Source: Centruroides vittatus (lineage: Eukaryota). From it: a stretch of 64,000 bases of DNA. The stretch lies in contig NW_027122681.1 of the NCBI RefSeq assembly GCF_030686945.1, positions 1,738,938 to 1,802,937 of the forward strand, written 5' to 3'. Under the pieces are notes generated by a model that did not search any database, had not been told where the DNA came from, and saw only the letters and a list, made by a program, of their open reading frames with translations. The position numbers were made by a program, and so were the translations under genes. Below, one piece after another: positions 25,601-37,500 of this stretch. Each line of letters opens with the position of its first letter. Position 1 is the first letter of the stretch.

Positions 25601-26186
25601 TTAATGCAACATGCCATTAAAATGTTTAATTAATTAAATTCTGTTAAAGAACAAAATACGACCAATTACATCTGGAAAACCTATAATACTGGAAACCTTT
25701 TCCGGATTCGAAAGGAGAATAGACAGTGGTCACGTGTGGTCGGACTTAATGAAGATCTTTACTCGTTAAAATTTGTTTAATAAAACTAAATGCTATTTAT
25801 TTATTATGATTAATAATATAAAAGTTATATTCTAAGTAAAATCTCGTAACGTTACGAAACTCGTTACTATAGACTTTTTTTTTTTGAAATTGAAATTAAT
25901 ATTACGTAGCGTTACAATCTTAAATAAACAAAGGAAATACAATTAACAATATTAATATTTCTAACCAACAATTGCTCGAAGCTTAAATTTTTCTCAATGG
26001 ACAACGAAAACTCTTCAATAAGTTTATGGCCAAGGCCGATAATTACGGAATAGAATTGTGTAGATATTAAAGATTCCATCTCTAATCGTTTAGTATACGA
26101 AGTGCGGAAAGAAATTCTTTATTCTCTTCCCAACCACTTTTCTACTCACAAATCACTCCGAGTTGATGAAATGGCCACGATTCGAG

Positions 26187-26247
26187 ATACAGTAGACCCC
26201 CTATAACACGGTAGATACGTTCCGTGTTATAGGGGGGGTCTACTGTA
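26187..26247. mobile_element. Minimal Tc1-like element that is effectively two 25-bp TIRs plus a 10-bp spacer, flanked by TA.
   Basis: ta|cagtagacccccctataacacgg tagatacgtt ccgtgttatagggggggtctactg|ta. The arms differ only by C5 versus G7 homopolymer length. The TIR resembles the 39731 and 51737 elements (cagt.g..cc.c.tataac). Confidence 0.5.
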
Positions 26248-29034
26248 TTTTTACGTATTTACAGCGAGTGTACCTGGACGAAAACAAACCGGAAAGTGTG
26301 TATAATCTAGGATCGATCCTTTAAAACACGAAGGAAAAACTACAGACAGAAGCAGTCTTGTTAATTACGGGTTAATTTCTAATGTTTTATACGAAGAAGA
26401 ATCTGAAAATGCATTTTTGGAACCTTCAAAGCAGTTTTATCGAGTGGAGAATGGCAAATTTTTATCGGAAAACCACGCTTTTATCTTATGTGGAAAAGGT
26501 GGGATTGTGATTTCGGGAAGAATTAGAAAGGGCGAGAGAATGTCTAACCAAAACAAGCGAAAAATGCATTTAGATATTTTAGACGATGAATTAATTAGAA
26601 AAAATATCAAAGCATTACTAGAAATGAAATTCGGGTGTAGTTATACACTATCGTAATATAAAATGGTAATATAACCATAACTATTGTTCTTATATTTTAT
26701 TTTGAGTTATTTTCATGGGTACATTACTTTTGTACATGTACCCATGAAAATAACTCGAAATAAATTTTTAAATAATTTATTTATCCATGTTAATTTTCCA
26801 CGGGTCCGGCCACGACTTTTCAAGCTAATTACTATGCGTTAACATATTCATTCTCCTTTCTCCATTGAAAAATCCTAATATTTTCGACCAAACGTCAGAG
26901 ATCTGGCCCAGTGAGGAGTTGAGAGATTTCCAGTTATCTCCTAATGTAAAAAGTATAAACAACGTTCTTATAAAAAGTGAAGAGCAGCAAAGAATTAGAA
27001 AGCATGGGAGGTCGTTGTGGGAAGGAAAGACGAAAAGAGAGACTGGAAGAGGCAGAGGCACGAGAGCCTCCATGCTGAGAAAAAAAAAGGAAAAGATCGA
27101 AGTCAAAGAAAGAGAACAACAAAAGGGGAGCTCGAAGAATCAGAAAAAAAAGACGTCTTAAGAAATATCGACGTGCCCTAGCTCAGAATTGGTAGACGTC
27201 GATGGTTTTGTATCCAAATGGCCCTTTTCGGAGCCACGATTTAATGGTTAAGAGCAGCTTTATTGGTATGTTGAAAGCGATGCATTTACTCCAGTCTCAA
27301 AATAAATTTATTGTAAGCATCAAAATGTTTTTGCAAATCTATTTCGAATGGCCAGATTTTAAAAATTTGAACGATAAACATATACCTAAAGAAAAATATA
27401 TTCTAAGATTTATTTGTTCAAAAGATAATTAAAAAATAATAAGTTTTATCACGTGAAATGGCAAATTGTGCGTTCGAGTCAGAAGGTGTAGACAGGTGTA
27501 GATTCGTAAGTAAGTGTGACAGACACCGAGACAGACTCGATAATTACAAAAAAGAAAGGCATTTTTAGTAAGTATGTGGGAGTTGAGAGTGAAGTTGAAG
27601 ATGCAACCAAGATCTGGCATTGAGAAATCTCAGGGAGAAGCTCTTCCGTCCTTAAAATTTAAGGTTGTTATTATTTTTGCCCATTCTGATTGGTCGCCAT
27701 TCCTCGTTTTCGCTTTCTAAGTGTAACGATATCTCAATTTAGATCGCGAGATGAGTCAAAATCTACATTTAATTCGATCCCAGCTGAAGATATTTCCTCT
27801 TGAGACTTACATTGTCTAGATTTCCTTTGTCAAGTTATATTCTTTCTTTAAAAGGAAAAATAATCAAACACAAACAGGTAAGCCCATATATCTAATGTTT
27901 CTAACCGATTTTTGCTACTCTTAACTATTAAATATTGGCTCTAAAAAGAGCAGTTTGGTTAGGACCAGCATAATCTAACAATTCTAAAGCAAGATATGCT
28001 GAAGATGAGATTTTCTTCGGTTGTTCTAAATGTCACACAAATGGAGTCACATAACTAATCCTTATTTGCATAGATCTCTTAACAAAGATGTTGAAAATAA
28101 TAATGTCTTTATGGTAATTAGATTAATTGATGGAGGGCAGAAAGATGGGTAACATGTCTGTCCGAATTTAATGCAATATCTGAATAAGATTCAAAATATT
28201 GGAAAGTGTTTTCTATTATATTTATGGGAAAATTTTCACTGTTTCTGTGAACTATTTCAAATATTGTTCGAGAACGTCAAAATTTCGTTATTCTGCTTTA
28301 TTCTTACTGAAGAACTAACCTTCATTCTAATTGGATGAGGTCTGGAATGTCTTTAATCCAATGAAATTTGTTTTTTGCTCTTGATGATGATTCTAAGAAG
28401 TTGAAAGTATGGGGATTATGTCTAAGACTTGCTTTTTATTAATTCCCCAATAAAGTAGTTCTTAAAGACTTGAGTATGTAAGGTGTTGCTGATTCTTATA
28501 TGATATAGCATTTTGCAAATGATATTAACAGTATACTTTGTATTACTTATATTTATTTATTATTGACAGTTCAAAAATAGGTAAATCACAATAAATGTTG
28601 AAAACACATCTCTGGTAAACATAATGTGAAAAATTCAATACAAACTAATATATATCTTCAATAAAATGCATATGACATATGTTGATCCATAGACAGGACT
28701 CTCTTGTTTTCTTTTATAAATATTAGAAAACTAATTCAGTTTAAATTGTATAAAAATATACGTAAAATATTTTTGTTCTTGTGTATGTTCAGAAATTAAT
28801 TACCAAACAATGTGTTTTAATCTGACATTTACGATTTCTCGTTTAACGTATGGGACTAGTATCATTACTAAGTGTTACAAAATAGAAGGATTGCTTATTG
28901 TTTGTAATTTCAAATCACAGTATATTATATTTTTAATTATTTATATGCTAACATTAAATTCAATGACATAGTAACAACTTTAAATAGCTCTTGCATCTGA
29001 TTTTTGATTATTCAATATGTTAAGGATTGTGGCA

Positions 29035-29339
29035 CTAAAGCAAGGGTTCCCGAATAAAATCTAATATGAAATCTTCCCAATTTTTGCCTACACCGAGAGA
29101 CTGGCAAGCCATGGAATGCTTGTGTTGCATACAAATTATAAATCTGATCATTTTAATAATGGGTATCAAGTCTGCCCAGAGTATTGTTTCGGCTAGAAAA
29201 TCTGCAAGGTGTTGTAGTTTATCAATTTCGGTACTTCCAGAGATCTTTTTCTTAGAAAACTGGACAAAGTAGGATGCACAGAACAGGAGAAAGGCTAATG
29301 TGGATACCATGAATTCTATATCTTTAGAAGCTTTCGTTC
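29035..29339 (-). CDS. Terminal exon 3 of a three-exon gene. Protein unknown. Exon reads ...TKASKDIEFMVSTLAFLLFCASYFVQF...WEDFILDFIREPLL, then stop.
   Basis: Acceptor ...aattatttag|GAACGAAAG after a 64-nt intron (29340-29403). The reading frame continues in phase from exon 2 and ends at TAG at 29035-29037. Confidence 0.6.
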
Positions 29340-29403
29340 CTAAATAATTTAGTAAATTGTTAAAACCTAAGGATGAATTCTTAAAAAGAAAATATAATCT
29401 TAC

Positions 29404-29706
29404 CTAGAGAATTTAAACCGGCTTCTCTGAGATGTAACAAAAATGGCTTTTTAAGAACTCCTTTCTGGAGGAGGATTCCTTCTGTGCAAAATCCACCATT
29501 CTGAAAAATTTCAAACAATTCTATTAAATTTTGGCAAGTTTTTGTTATGTACATTCTTAATATCAAATTTGACTTTAAGGGCTTTTGAAAATTTAATTTG
29601 CTTACTTTATTAATAATGTTAGACAAATCTATGATTGTTTTTCGTACTTTATCGTCGCAGTCCAAGTCTAAAATTTCTGGTTCCGGTTCTGAAATAGCAT
29701 TTTCAC
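29404..29706 (-). CDS. Exon 2 of the same gene, 303 nt, beginning ENAISEPEPEILDLDCDDKVRKTIIDLSNIINK and ending ...GILLQKGVLKKPFLLHLREAGLNSLG.
   Basis: Acceptor ttatcgtttttcag|GTGAAAATGC at 29707. Donor CTCTAG|GTAAGATT at 29403. Open over 100 codons with phase-1 boundaries that are compatible with exons 1 and 3. Confidence 0.6.
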
Positions 29707-29980
29707 CTGAAAAACGATAATACTTTATTATCTAATCTAATTTTTGTGATTCATGCTGTATGACCTATTGGTCTGGTGACGGTCCGGCCAAACATTGTGT
29801 GAATGCCTTAATTAAAATGCGTAATACAAACTGTTGATATCTCTGACAAGAAAGTTTTTGACAGTCAGTTGAATAACACTAAAAAAAATAGTAAGTTACT
29901 TGACTTCTGTGCTTTTAGTTAGAGTTAAAAATGAAAAAACTTTCTGCCGTGTGGATATTAAGAGGGCTTATTTTCCATAC

Positions 29981-30056
29981 CTGTTGTAGGTTTATTCAAA
30001 TCTGGATGGGACAGACAGGATACAGTGCCCATGAAAAATTCTTTGGGGTTGCTCAT
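29981..30056 (-). CDS. Exon 1 of the same gene. ATG at 30056..30054, then MSNPKEFFMGTVSCLSHPDLNKPTT.
   Basis: An in-frame TGA sits immediately upstream of the ATG. Donor ACAACAG|GTATGG at 29980. The second Met is followed by GTVSC, which is a possible N-myristoylation/palmitoylation motif. Confidence 0.5.
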
Positions 30057-30512
30057 TCAGATTTGATTCTGGATTCCTCAGTATGATGCCTGTAATTACC
30101 TCAGCCATATGGCCGTCGCCAATAAAACAGTGACAATTATATAAAAGGGAAAATTGTCAGTCTGGTGATTGGCAGATGCAGACAACCAACTGCTGTATAG
30201 TGTGAAGCAACTTTTCACATGCAATATGTCACAGCAGTGGTGTGCCATGACATTTGATGATAGGGAAGCTGTGTTTCTGTAAGAAGACGACTTCCAGGGG
30301 CAATCAGTGATGGTCTAGAGTCCATTTATATTCGTTTGTTCAATAAGCCAGTAAGAACTGTAGACTTCTCTAAATGTATTTTTAATAGATTATCTGATAT
30401 ATTGAACTTGTTTATTTATTAAGTACATCAAATATTTTAATGGATTTTTTTAAAACTCCTGTCAACTATACAAAACATAACCCAACCGATAGGAGTTTCC
30501 TGGTAAGTTATA

Positions 30513-31067
30513 CGTGGTACGATCCAAAAGTTCGGGGACTGCAGTAATCTATGACAACAAAAGCATGTATTTGAAGTTACGGCGTATGAAATGGATTCTA
30601 CCAAACCACCTCTACGTGTTCAGGTTAATTTCACCCATGTCATGTGATTAAACCGCGAGCGCTGCTGTTTTTTTCCGGAGATAGTTACCTTTGTTCTGCG
30701 ACATAATAAAAGTAGAGTTTCAAGAACAACCTCCAACATTAAATTTTGTCAGCGTTTAGGTAAAACACCTACGGAGATTTTAAAATTGCTAAGAAAGGTG
30801 TACGGTGATTCTACGGTGAAAGGTCACGATGAAGTCGAAATGTTGGAGGTTGTTCTTGAAACTCCACTTTTATTACGTTGCAGAACAAAGGTAACTATCT
30901 CCGGAAAAAAAACAGCAGCGCTCGCGGTTTAATCACATGACATGGGTGAAATTAACCTGAACACGTAGAGGTGGTTTGGTAGAATCCATTTCATATGCTG
31001 TAACTTCAAATACATGCTTTTGTTGTCATAGATTACTGCAGTCCCCGAACTTTTGGATCGTACCACG
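30513..31067. mobile_element. Mariner-derived foldback MITE, copy 1. About 555 bp, fully palindromic, with a TA target-site duplication.
   Basis: ta|cgtggtacgatccaaaagttcgggg...ccccgaacttttggatcgtaccacg|ta. The arms 30513-30790 and 30800-31067 are reverse complements. The arm encodes FCQRLGKTPTEILKLLRKVYGDSTV, a mariner N-terminal HTH-like segment. Confidence 0.75.
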
Positions 31068-31856
31068 TAAATCAAGGGCAAGGGCGGCCAAATATCTAGC
31101 ACGCAGGTGACTAACAGCCCAGAATTGGTCCTGGATAGAATCATTGGAAGCGTTATACGATATTTTGGTGTGTGGCTTCCACTAGCTAAACCACGTCAGG
31201 TTGGTGCTCTGTAAAGTGCATGCGCAAATGCCTATAATCTGGTTGTTTTACTTCATTCGCCATGGAAGCTGTCCTGTATTCAACAATACAGCAAACACTT
31301 CCATTGGGAATATCCCTATATGAATTTATATTTGAAAATACAATAGCAATCTTATCGTTTTTTTCACATGTAGTATAGAAATTTGTAATAAAATATATAT
31401 TGCGGTTATAATAAAATGTAAATTTTAATTAATTCAAAGTATATTCAAATATGAAAATAATTGCGCAATATGTATTTATAGTTTAGAAAATACAAGGAAA
31501 GTGGCACTTCCAAGAACGGCACGCCACTGTGTCACAGTGAAGTCAGACCAGTTTGCATGACATGAATAGTGCTATTAATGCCATATGTTTTCACATTCAT
31601 CACACTTGTCACTTTAAAACCAAATGAAAATTTTTTAAACAGGCAAATTTATTGAAACCTGTTAATTCCCTTTGTACACGATTTGTTTTGATCTAAACAT
31701 TTTTCAAGATTGTGTAAAAAAAAATCTGTGTTTTATAATGACAAATAATCTGTATTAAATAAAAACATTAACATAACAAAACATACTTTAGAATTTTATC
31801 AGTTATAAAATAAAAAAAAATAAAAAAATAAGAGACTTATTTCAAACTTACAATAC

Positions 31857-31975
31857 GGGATATTCTTTAATAACTCGAGTAATTCTTCATTATTTTCTTT
31901 CATTGCAGTATTTTGGATATTAGTAAATACAAAGTCACATAATGGCAAACCACCTTTACATTTAACCCATTCTAT
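31857..31975 (-). CDS. Candidate internal exon encoding EWVKCKGGLPLCDFVFTNIQNTAMKENNEELLELLKNIPY.
   Basis: Acceptor ttaatttttttcatag|AATGGG at about 31976. Donor TATT|GTAAGTTTG at about 31856. Open frame across the exon. Gene assignment unknown. Confidence 0.35.
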
Positions 31976-32949
31976 GAAAAAAATTAAATTTAAGATTAGC
32001 ATAACATAATTTTATTGAAAATTTCAAATTTTTCTTATTATAATTATAGTTATAAACTGTGTATTTATTGAATTTGTTTCTAACTATTCTATTCTTTTAA
32101 AATTAAGTCACTTAAAAACAAATTTTTCATTGAAAATATCAAAAACTGTTAAACCCTTCAGACTGATATGCAGAGTGTCATCATACACCAAGCACATCAA
32201 AATAAAAGTAATGATTTTAAAAAATTGTCACTCAGCACCTAGGCTTAAAAGGTCTGTCGTACTGGGTACCTATTCAATATCCCACCCACCCAAAGATCCA
32301 TGGCTACAATCAACGCATAATGCAGAATCTGAGGAGGTGGTTGTCCCGTCCTCGGCAGAAATCCCAGACTCCTAGAGTGGCCAATAAATTAATGACTAGT
32401 ATTTGTATTTTACTGTACAAAATTACATTTAATTGATACTCGGAGAGAAATTTCACAAGTTTAATATTAGGTATCTTATTATAGGACTGTTTTAAAGAAA
32501 ATAGAAAGATTGTTGCATATGACAAAAAAAGGATGATTGGCAAAAGAATTAAAGAATATATATTACAGAAAATGAAATGTAATTGGTCCTCTGTATCTGT
32601 GGGTTATACATTTATGAATTCAGCCAATTTTGGATTGTAAAGATCTGAAAAAAATCCAAAAAGCAAAACTTGTATTTGCTTGAATTTTATTTATTTATTT
32701 AATTAGAAATGTTTAGTGACAGAATATTTAAAATTTATTGTGCTTTTTTGTTTCAGAACATATTGAATATTGCAAGACATCTTATCATCAAAGAAGAGGG
32801 AGACCATGCAGCCATTGTGGCATACATGTTTGCACCTTCACTTAACAGTATCCAACAACTGTCTGCGAGTGTGACATCTCTCGTCTGTATGTTATTCAGC
32901 ATGCATTAATACAATGTGCAGTACACAAGGATGATGAACAGCAGAAAAT

Positions 32950-33400
32950 AGATTGGATTCACATCATATCATATTATAAAATTGTACCAAACTTCATTGC
33001 AAACGTCTGTGGACTGATGAATTCAAATTTAATCGAGATGGAATATTCCCACATAACATGCATTACTGGATCTAAAAGAATCCACGTTGGGCAAGGGACA
33101 CTCACCATCAAGTGAAATGGTCTATCAACATTTGATGTGATGTTTGGGGAACGGTTAATTGGTTCTGTGTTTTACACGAACTGTATGTGTCCAATCAACA
33201 TTTGAACAGTTGCAGAGTTCATAGAAAATACTACTGGAAATCAAAAAGGTGTGTTTCATTATATAATCATTTTGCATTCCAGTATACCTTTAAAATATTT
33301 TGACTGCTCATAGAAAACCTGCCATTGCAACACTTGTGCACCCTATGGTTTTCAATACAATGGATCTCCACGATGGATACCAGTTTTCGTTTAGTGTGCA
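32950..33400 (+). pseudogene. Degenerate Tc1/mariner-superfamily (IS630-Tc1-mariner DDE) transposase relic.
   Basis: Translation gives VWTDEFKFNRDG (compare the Tc1 SDESKFNLFGSDG), then NPRWARDTHHQVKWSINIWCDVWGTVNWFCV (compare the KVNVWCGI...IGPYF region), then GFQYNGSPRW (compare FQQDNDPKH). The frame is interrupted by stops and frameshifts. Confidence 0.5.
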
Positions 33401-34309
33401 TTATTGTGGAAGACAGTTATTTTAAGTATGTACAATAAATAGCACATGCAAACATCTGTATTATACTATGTTTTTTATTTAATGGCATTTGATATTTTCA
33501 ACTAAATTAGGTTAGCAGTGTTATGGATATACAAATGATCTAAACCTAACTATACTTGCATTCCCTGCAATGCAATGTGGAAAGAGGAGTTTTCTGACCT
33601 CTGATAGGAAATGATGATTTTCCCCAATGAAAAGTTTTACTTGCATTATGCAGTGATGCACTCACCTGTCATATTTGGCAGCCTGTTAGAGGATTCTATT
33701 TGATATTTTGGAATGTACTAAAAGTAGTAGTATGTATTTTTTCATATGCTACAATATTACCCTATTTCCATTGCCCTCTCTCCCAAAAGAGTTGGAGGGG
33801 GCAGAAATTTACACCACTATTTAATGCATGTTTGATATGGTATATGTTGGCAAAGGTCTACAGTGATTGCTGTATTAGTTTCTGAAATAATGGGCCTAGG
33901 AGACACTTTTCTTATCATCCTGCATAAACTTTTATAAAAATAATAATAAAATAAGCAAACTAACAAAATTTTTCTTGTTAAAGAAAGAATCAATAATAAT
34001 TGTCTACTTAAAGTTAATTTTAATGAAAATTATAATGCTTTTTTTATTAGAATTCAATTTTTATTGTTGTTCTATAAAATAACATGTGCAGGTATTGTGT
34101 TTATAAAAATATTGTGTCTTAAATAACTTAGGAAACAATATGATGCTACAGACTTCTGAATAATATAGCACAATCCACCTTTTGCAATTGCAGGTATGTT
34201 TTTGGAATTAGCAAAACAATACATTTCAATTTCAGTTAAAATTATCATTATCTTCAGCTATTTTTTAAGTCATCATTTTGCACTATTGACCTTAACATGT
34301 GGTTGACAA

Positions 34310-34520
34310 TGTGAAGAGTGGCCAAGCGGTCTTCGTACCCTGAACACTGGGAGCTCGGTTGTGGGTTTGCGCCTTGCTCGGACAGGCTGGCCACATGCAA
34401 TTTTCCAGGTTTTCTCCACGTCTGTAATGCCTAAATAGGGGCCAGTTTCCCTTAAAAAGACCTCCCAGAAGGCATCCCCCTAGGCAGATCGCCCAAGTGT
34501 TGCATTGCCATAACTAAACA
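34310..34520 (+). mobile_element. tRNA-derived SINE, same body as 12370-12520.
   Basis: Head agagtggccaagcggtcttcg...gttgtgggtttgcgcc. Body ttttctccacgtctgtaatgcctaaataggggccagtttccc...ggcatcccccctaggcagatcgcc. Confidence 0.5.
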
Positions 34521-35042
34521 AACAGAAACAATGTGAAATTGTCATTGGTTAACCAGGGCTTTAAACTACAATACTGCAAGTAAATAATACTTTAAATGTT
34601 GAACATTAAACATTTTAAATAAGAAATGCCAGCAATTTAAATGTTAACTGTTGTTAAAGACATTACTGAAATAAACAGTAGGCAAATAACACTTATTAAT
34701 TAATAACAATAATTGTAATTAATAAAGCTTCAAGTTATACTTTAAATAATGGATGTATAACAAGGATATGTTAAGACAATTTTTAATTGTCTTAACATAG
34801 CCTTTTAGAGTCAACAAAACATAAATTTCCACTAACTTTACCCTATTAGAAACTGTACAGAGTTTTGAGACACTTGATTCCTACTCACTCTGTGTGTAGG
34901 ACCACATACCCCTTAACGATCCCCTTAAACTGTACACATAACATGAAGAGGTTGTCCATTAATTAATGGTATAGGAGTGCTTCAAAGTAATACAATAAGT
35001 TGATTTCTCCAAGCTTAAAAAATTGTTTTTCTTTCTCATACC

Positions 35043-36408
35043 TTTTAATTCAATGAATATTGAATAGGTAGTTAATTCCTTCTGTGTAATTTCTGTTTCT
35101 CCGTCTTTGACGACAATTTCAGTATCACCAAATTTAACTACTTTTGATCCTGACTTCTTGGAAGAAAAATCTACAGGTCTATGCCTTTTCATTACAGATT
35201 GTTGAGGAAGAGACAATGGATATGTTTGCATAGAGAATTCTCGTAATTTAAGAAGATGTTGCTTTTGGAGCTGCTCCCCTTCATCTGATGAAACTGTTGA
35301 AAAATTATCATCATTAAATTTAAAATCTGAAAATGAAAAATAGATATTTGATATTTTTTTTACTTGAAGAAGGTAAGTTAGGTGGTACACCAGGTCGACT
35401 AACAAATTCTACTAATGTGGCTGATGGACTGCTTCCAAAACATGGTACTGAGGAGGGGGAGTGACCACTTCCAAAGCCTGAAACTGAGGAGGGAAATGCA
35501 CCACTTCTAAAACATGGTACTGAAGACTGTGTTGGACCACCTCCAAATTGTGGTACTGGAGGTGTTGGACCACTTCTAAAACATGGTGCTAGAGAGGGTG
35601 TTGGACCACTCCAAAAAGTTGTGGTACTGAAGAGGGTGTTGGACCACTTTCCAAAATCATGGTACTGAAGAGGGTGTTGGACCACCTACAACGATTGTGG
35701 ACTGAAGAGGGTGTTGGACCATTTCAAACAAATTGTGGTACTGAAGATGGTGTTGGACCACTTCTAAAACATGGTGCTAGAGAGGATGTTGGACCACCTC
35801 CGAATTGTGGGACTGAAGAGGGTGTTGGACCACTTCCAAAACCTCCAAATTGTGATACTGAAGAGGGCGTTGGACCACTTCCAAAACGTGGTACTGAAGA
35901 GGGCGTTGGACCACCTCCAAATTGTGGGACTGAAGAGGGTGTTGGACCATTTCCAAAACCTCCAAATTGTGGTACTGAAGATGGTGTTGGACCACTTCTA
36001 AAACATGGTGCTAGAGAGGATGTTGGACCATCTCCAAATTGTGGGACTGAAGAGGGTGTTGGACCACTTTCAGCATCTGGAAGAGGTTCATCTCCCTTCT
36101 CAGTTTCAAAGTCTGAAACCAAGTACAATGAACTGCTTCCAAACCGTGGTACTCTGGCAGAACAAGGTTGAATTTTCTGCATTAGAGCTGAGTATCCAGT
36201 TATTACTTCTTGGTTGGATACAAAATGATCCTCATGTGCTGATCTATGTGTAGTGGCCTCAAGAGATTTTCTTGAAACTGCACATAATTTTGAATTCACT
36301 GCATCGTAAGTTTCTACAAAATTTGCATCTAATTCAATGCTTTCATTTAGATAAAACCTATCTTCTCCAGTTTCTACATTTAGTTTTTTTAATTTAAACA
36401 ATACTTAA
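35043..36408 (-). CDS. Large coding exon, or exon plus mini-intron, for a low-complexity protein. It contains at least 12 tandem units of the roughly 12-aa unit GPTPSSVPQFGG, which is FG-repeat-like. Local frame breaks mean it may be a pseudogene or may contain assembly errors.
   Basis: Minus-strand frames that read ...LPDAESGPTPSSVPQFGDGPTSS...SGPTPSSVPQFGGFGSGPTPSS...: 35724-36401, 35320-35685, 34959-35405. The last two frames join cleanly if a 37-nt intron (CTTCAA|gtaaaaaaaatatcaaatatctatttttcattttcag|ATTTT, about 35325-35361) is spliced out. 3' donor TTAAAAG|GTATGAG at 35042. 5' acceptor tttctaaatag|TTTAAG at about 36409. A stop and indels in the repeats lie around 35620-35730. Confidence 0.45.
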
Positions 36409-36574
36409 ACTATTTAGAAACTCTTTACTTTGTATAATATAATATTTTATACTTAATATGTTTTTTTAAAAAAAATAATAAAATATGTACCTGTTTGATT
36501 TAAACTCTTAACACGACATTTCCTTCCTGTGATAATAAAAATTCAAAAATCAATTTTAAAGCTTTCATAAAAAA

Positions 36575-37500
36575 TCCTCGTTACTTCGAACTCGGTTTGA
36601 AATATTGTTAGTTCGTAACTGTACTTTTGTCTCGGCTGGGGATATAGAGATGTACAGTACACGTTAAGGAATCTGATTAGTTCGAAATACGATTACTTTG
36701 AAATTCAAAGTGAAAATTCTGTCCATACTGTGATATGAGTATGTTAACTTGTTCATTTAGATCAAAATGCCTCCATGTTATAAGAGAACAATAGACCAAG
36801 AACAATGCTAAACTAGTCAATATGGCTTTGCTTTTACAGTAACACATTTTATCTCTTATCTCATAAAATATGGCTGAGTTTTTGGAATGGCAAGATTGGA
36901 CTATAAGTAGCAGATAGAGATATTTGTAGGGCTCTAGGGCAGAGCCAGCGCTAGAGGGTATACTGCTCAAGGCAAGACATGCATTTCACATTCCTTATCC
37001 CCCTACATAAAATGAAAAAAATTGTGTTTTGAATTGCCATACACCTTACTCTGTCAATTGAGAGTCAACTCGTGCCATGTAATATAAATAAATATAAAAA
37101 ATATGCCTGAAAATTGTGTGTAAATTTATGAAAATTTACCACCCAGGGAAAATGTCCAGTTTGCCCATATGGTAGCATCAGCCTTGGCTCTAGGTTACTA
37201 AATTTGTGCAACTTACTACTTTTTGGGCTGCTGTAAAAATAATTTGGACTCTATTTCAAGGAACTCTGCTTTATTTTTTTTTTATAAAACCTATCCAGCA
37301 ACCTTTAAGGTTATCACTGAACATGTGCTGTTTACTTGCAATTTATTTATAAGTAATTATTAACAAAAATAGCATTCTGTATATATGTATTCCATTTGCT
37401 TAATAAATCAATTAAATGGCATGTGGCATGTTATACGGAAATGTGTAAATCTCTGAATTATCTAGTTTTGATGTTTTCATCCCTTGAATTTCGAACTAAC
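36575..37500. mobile_element. MITE family 'M2', copy 1, about 930 bp, with TIR aaatcctcgttagttcgaa...ttcgaactaacgaggattt.
   Basis: 5' end aaaaaatcctcgttacttcgaactcgg at 36570. 3' end cccttgaatttcgaactaacgaggatttcc at about 37470-37500. Internally collinear with 53410-54145. An isolated 3' end is also present at 24880-24970. Confidence 0.55.

Noticed and set aside
27165-27215. tRNA-like start gccctagctcagaattggtagacg
   Set aside because: It matches the A-box/D-loop consensus, but the D-stem cannot pair (gctc vs gacg) and no anticodon or T-arm follows. It is not a tRNA gene.
35659-36253. Plus-strand ORFs (170 aa, 76 aa, 82 aa) overlapping the GPTPSSV repeat exon
   Set aside because: They are mirror-strand artefacts of the tandem repeat (translating to VLKRVLDHLQ... 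and EEGVGP... repeats). The minus strand carries splice signals and non-repetitive flanks.
36493-36528. 36-nt mini-exon upstream of the GPTPSSV exon, with acceptor cacag|GAAGG and donor CAG|GTACAT
   Set aside because: All joinings to the downstream exon create an in-frame stop (G|TT TAA). It is probably not coding, and it is kept out of the gene model.
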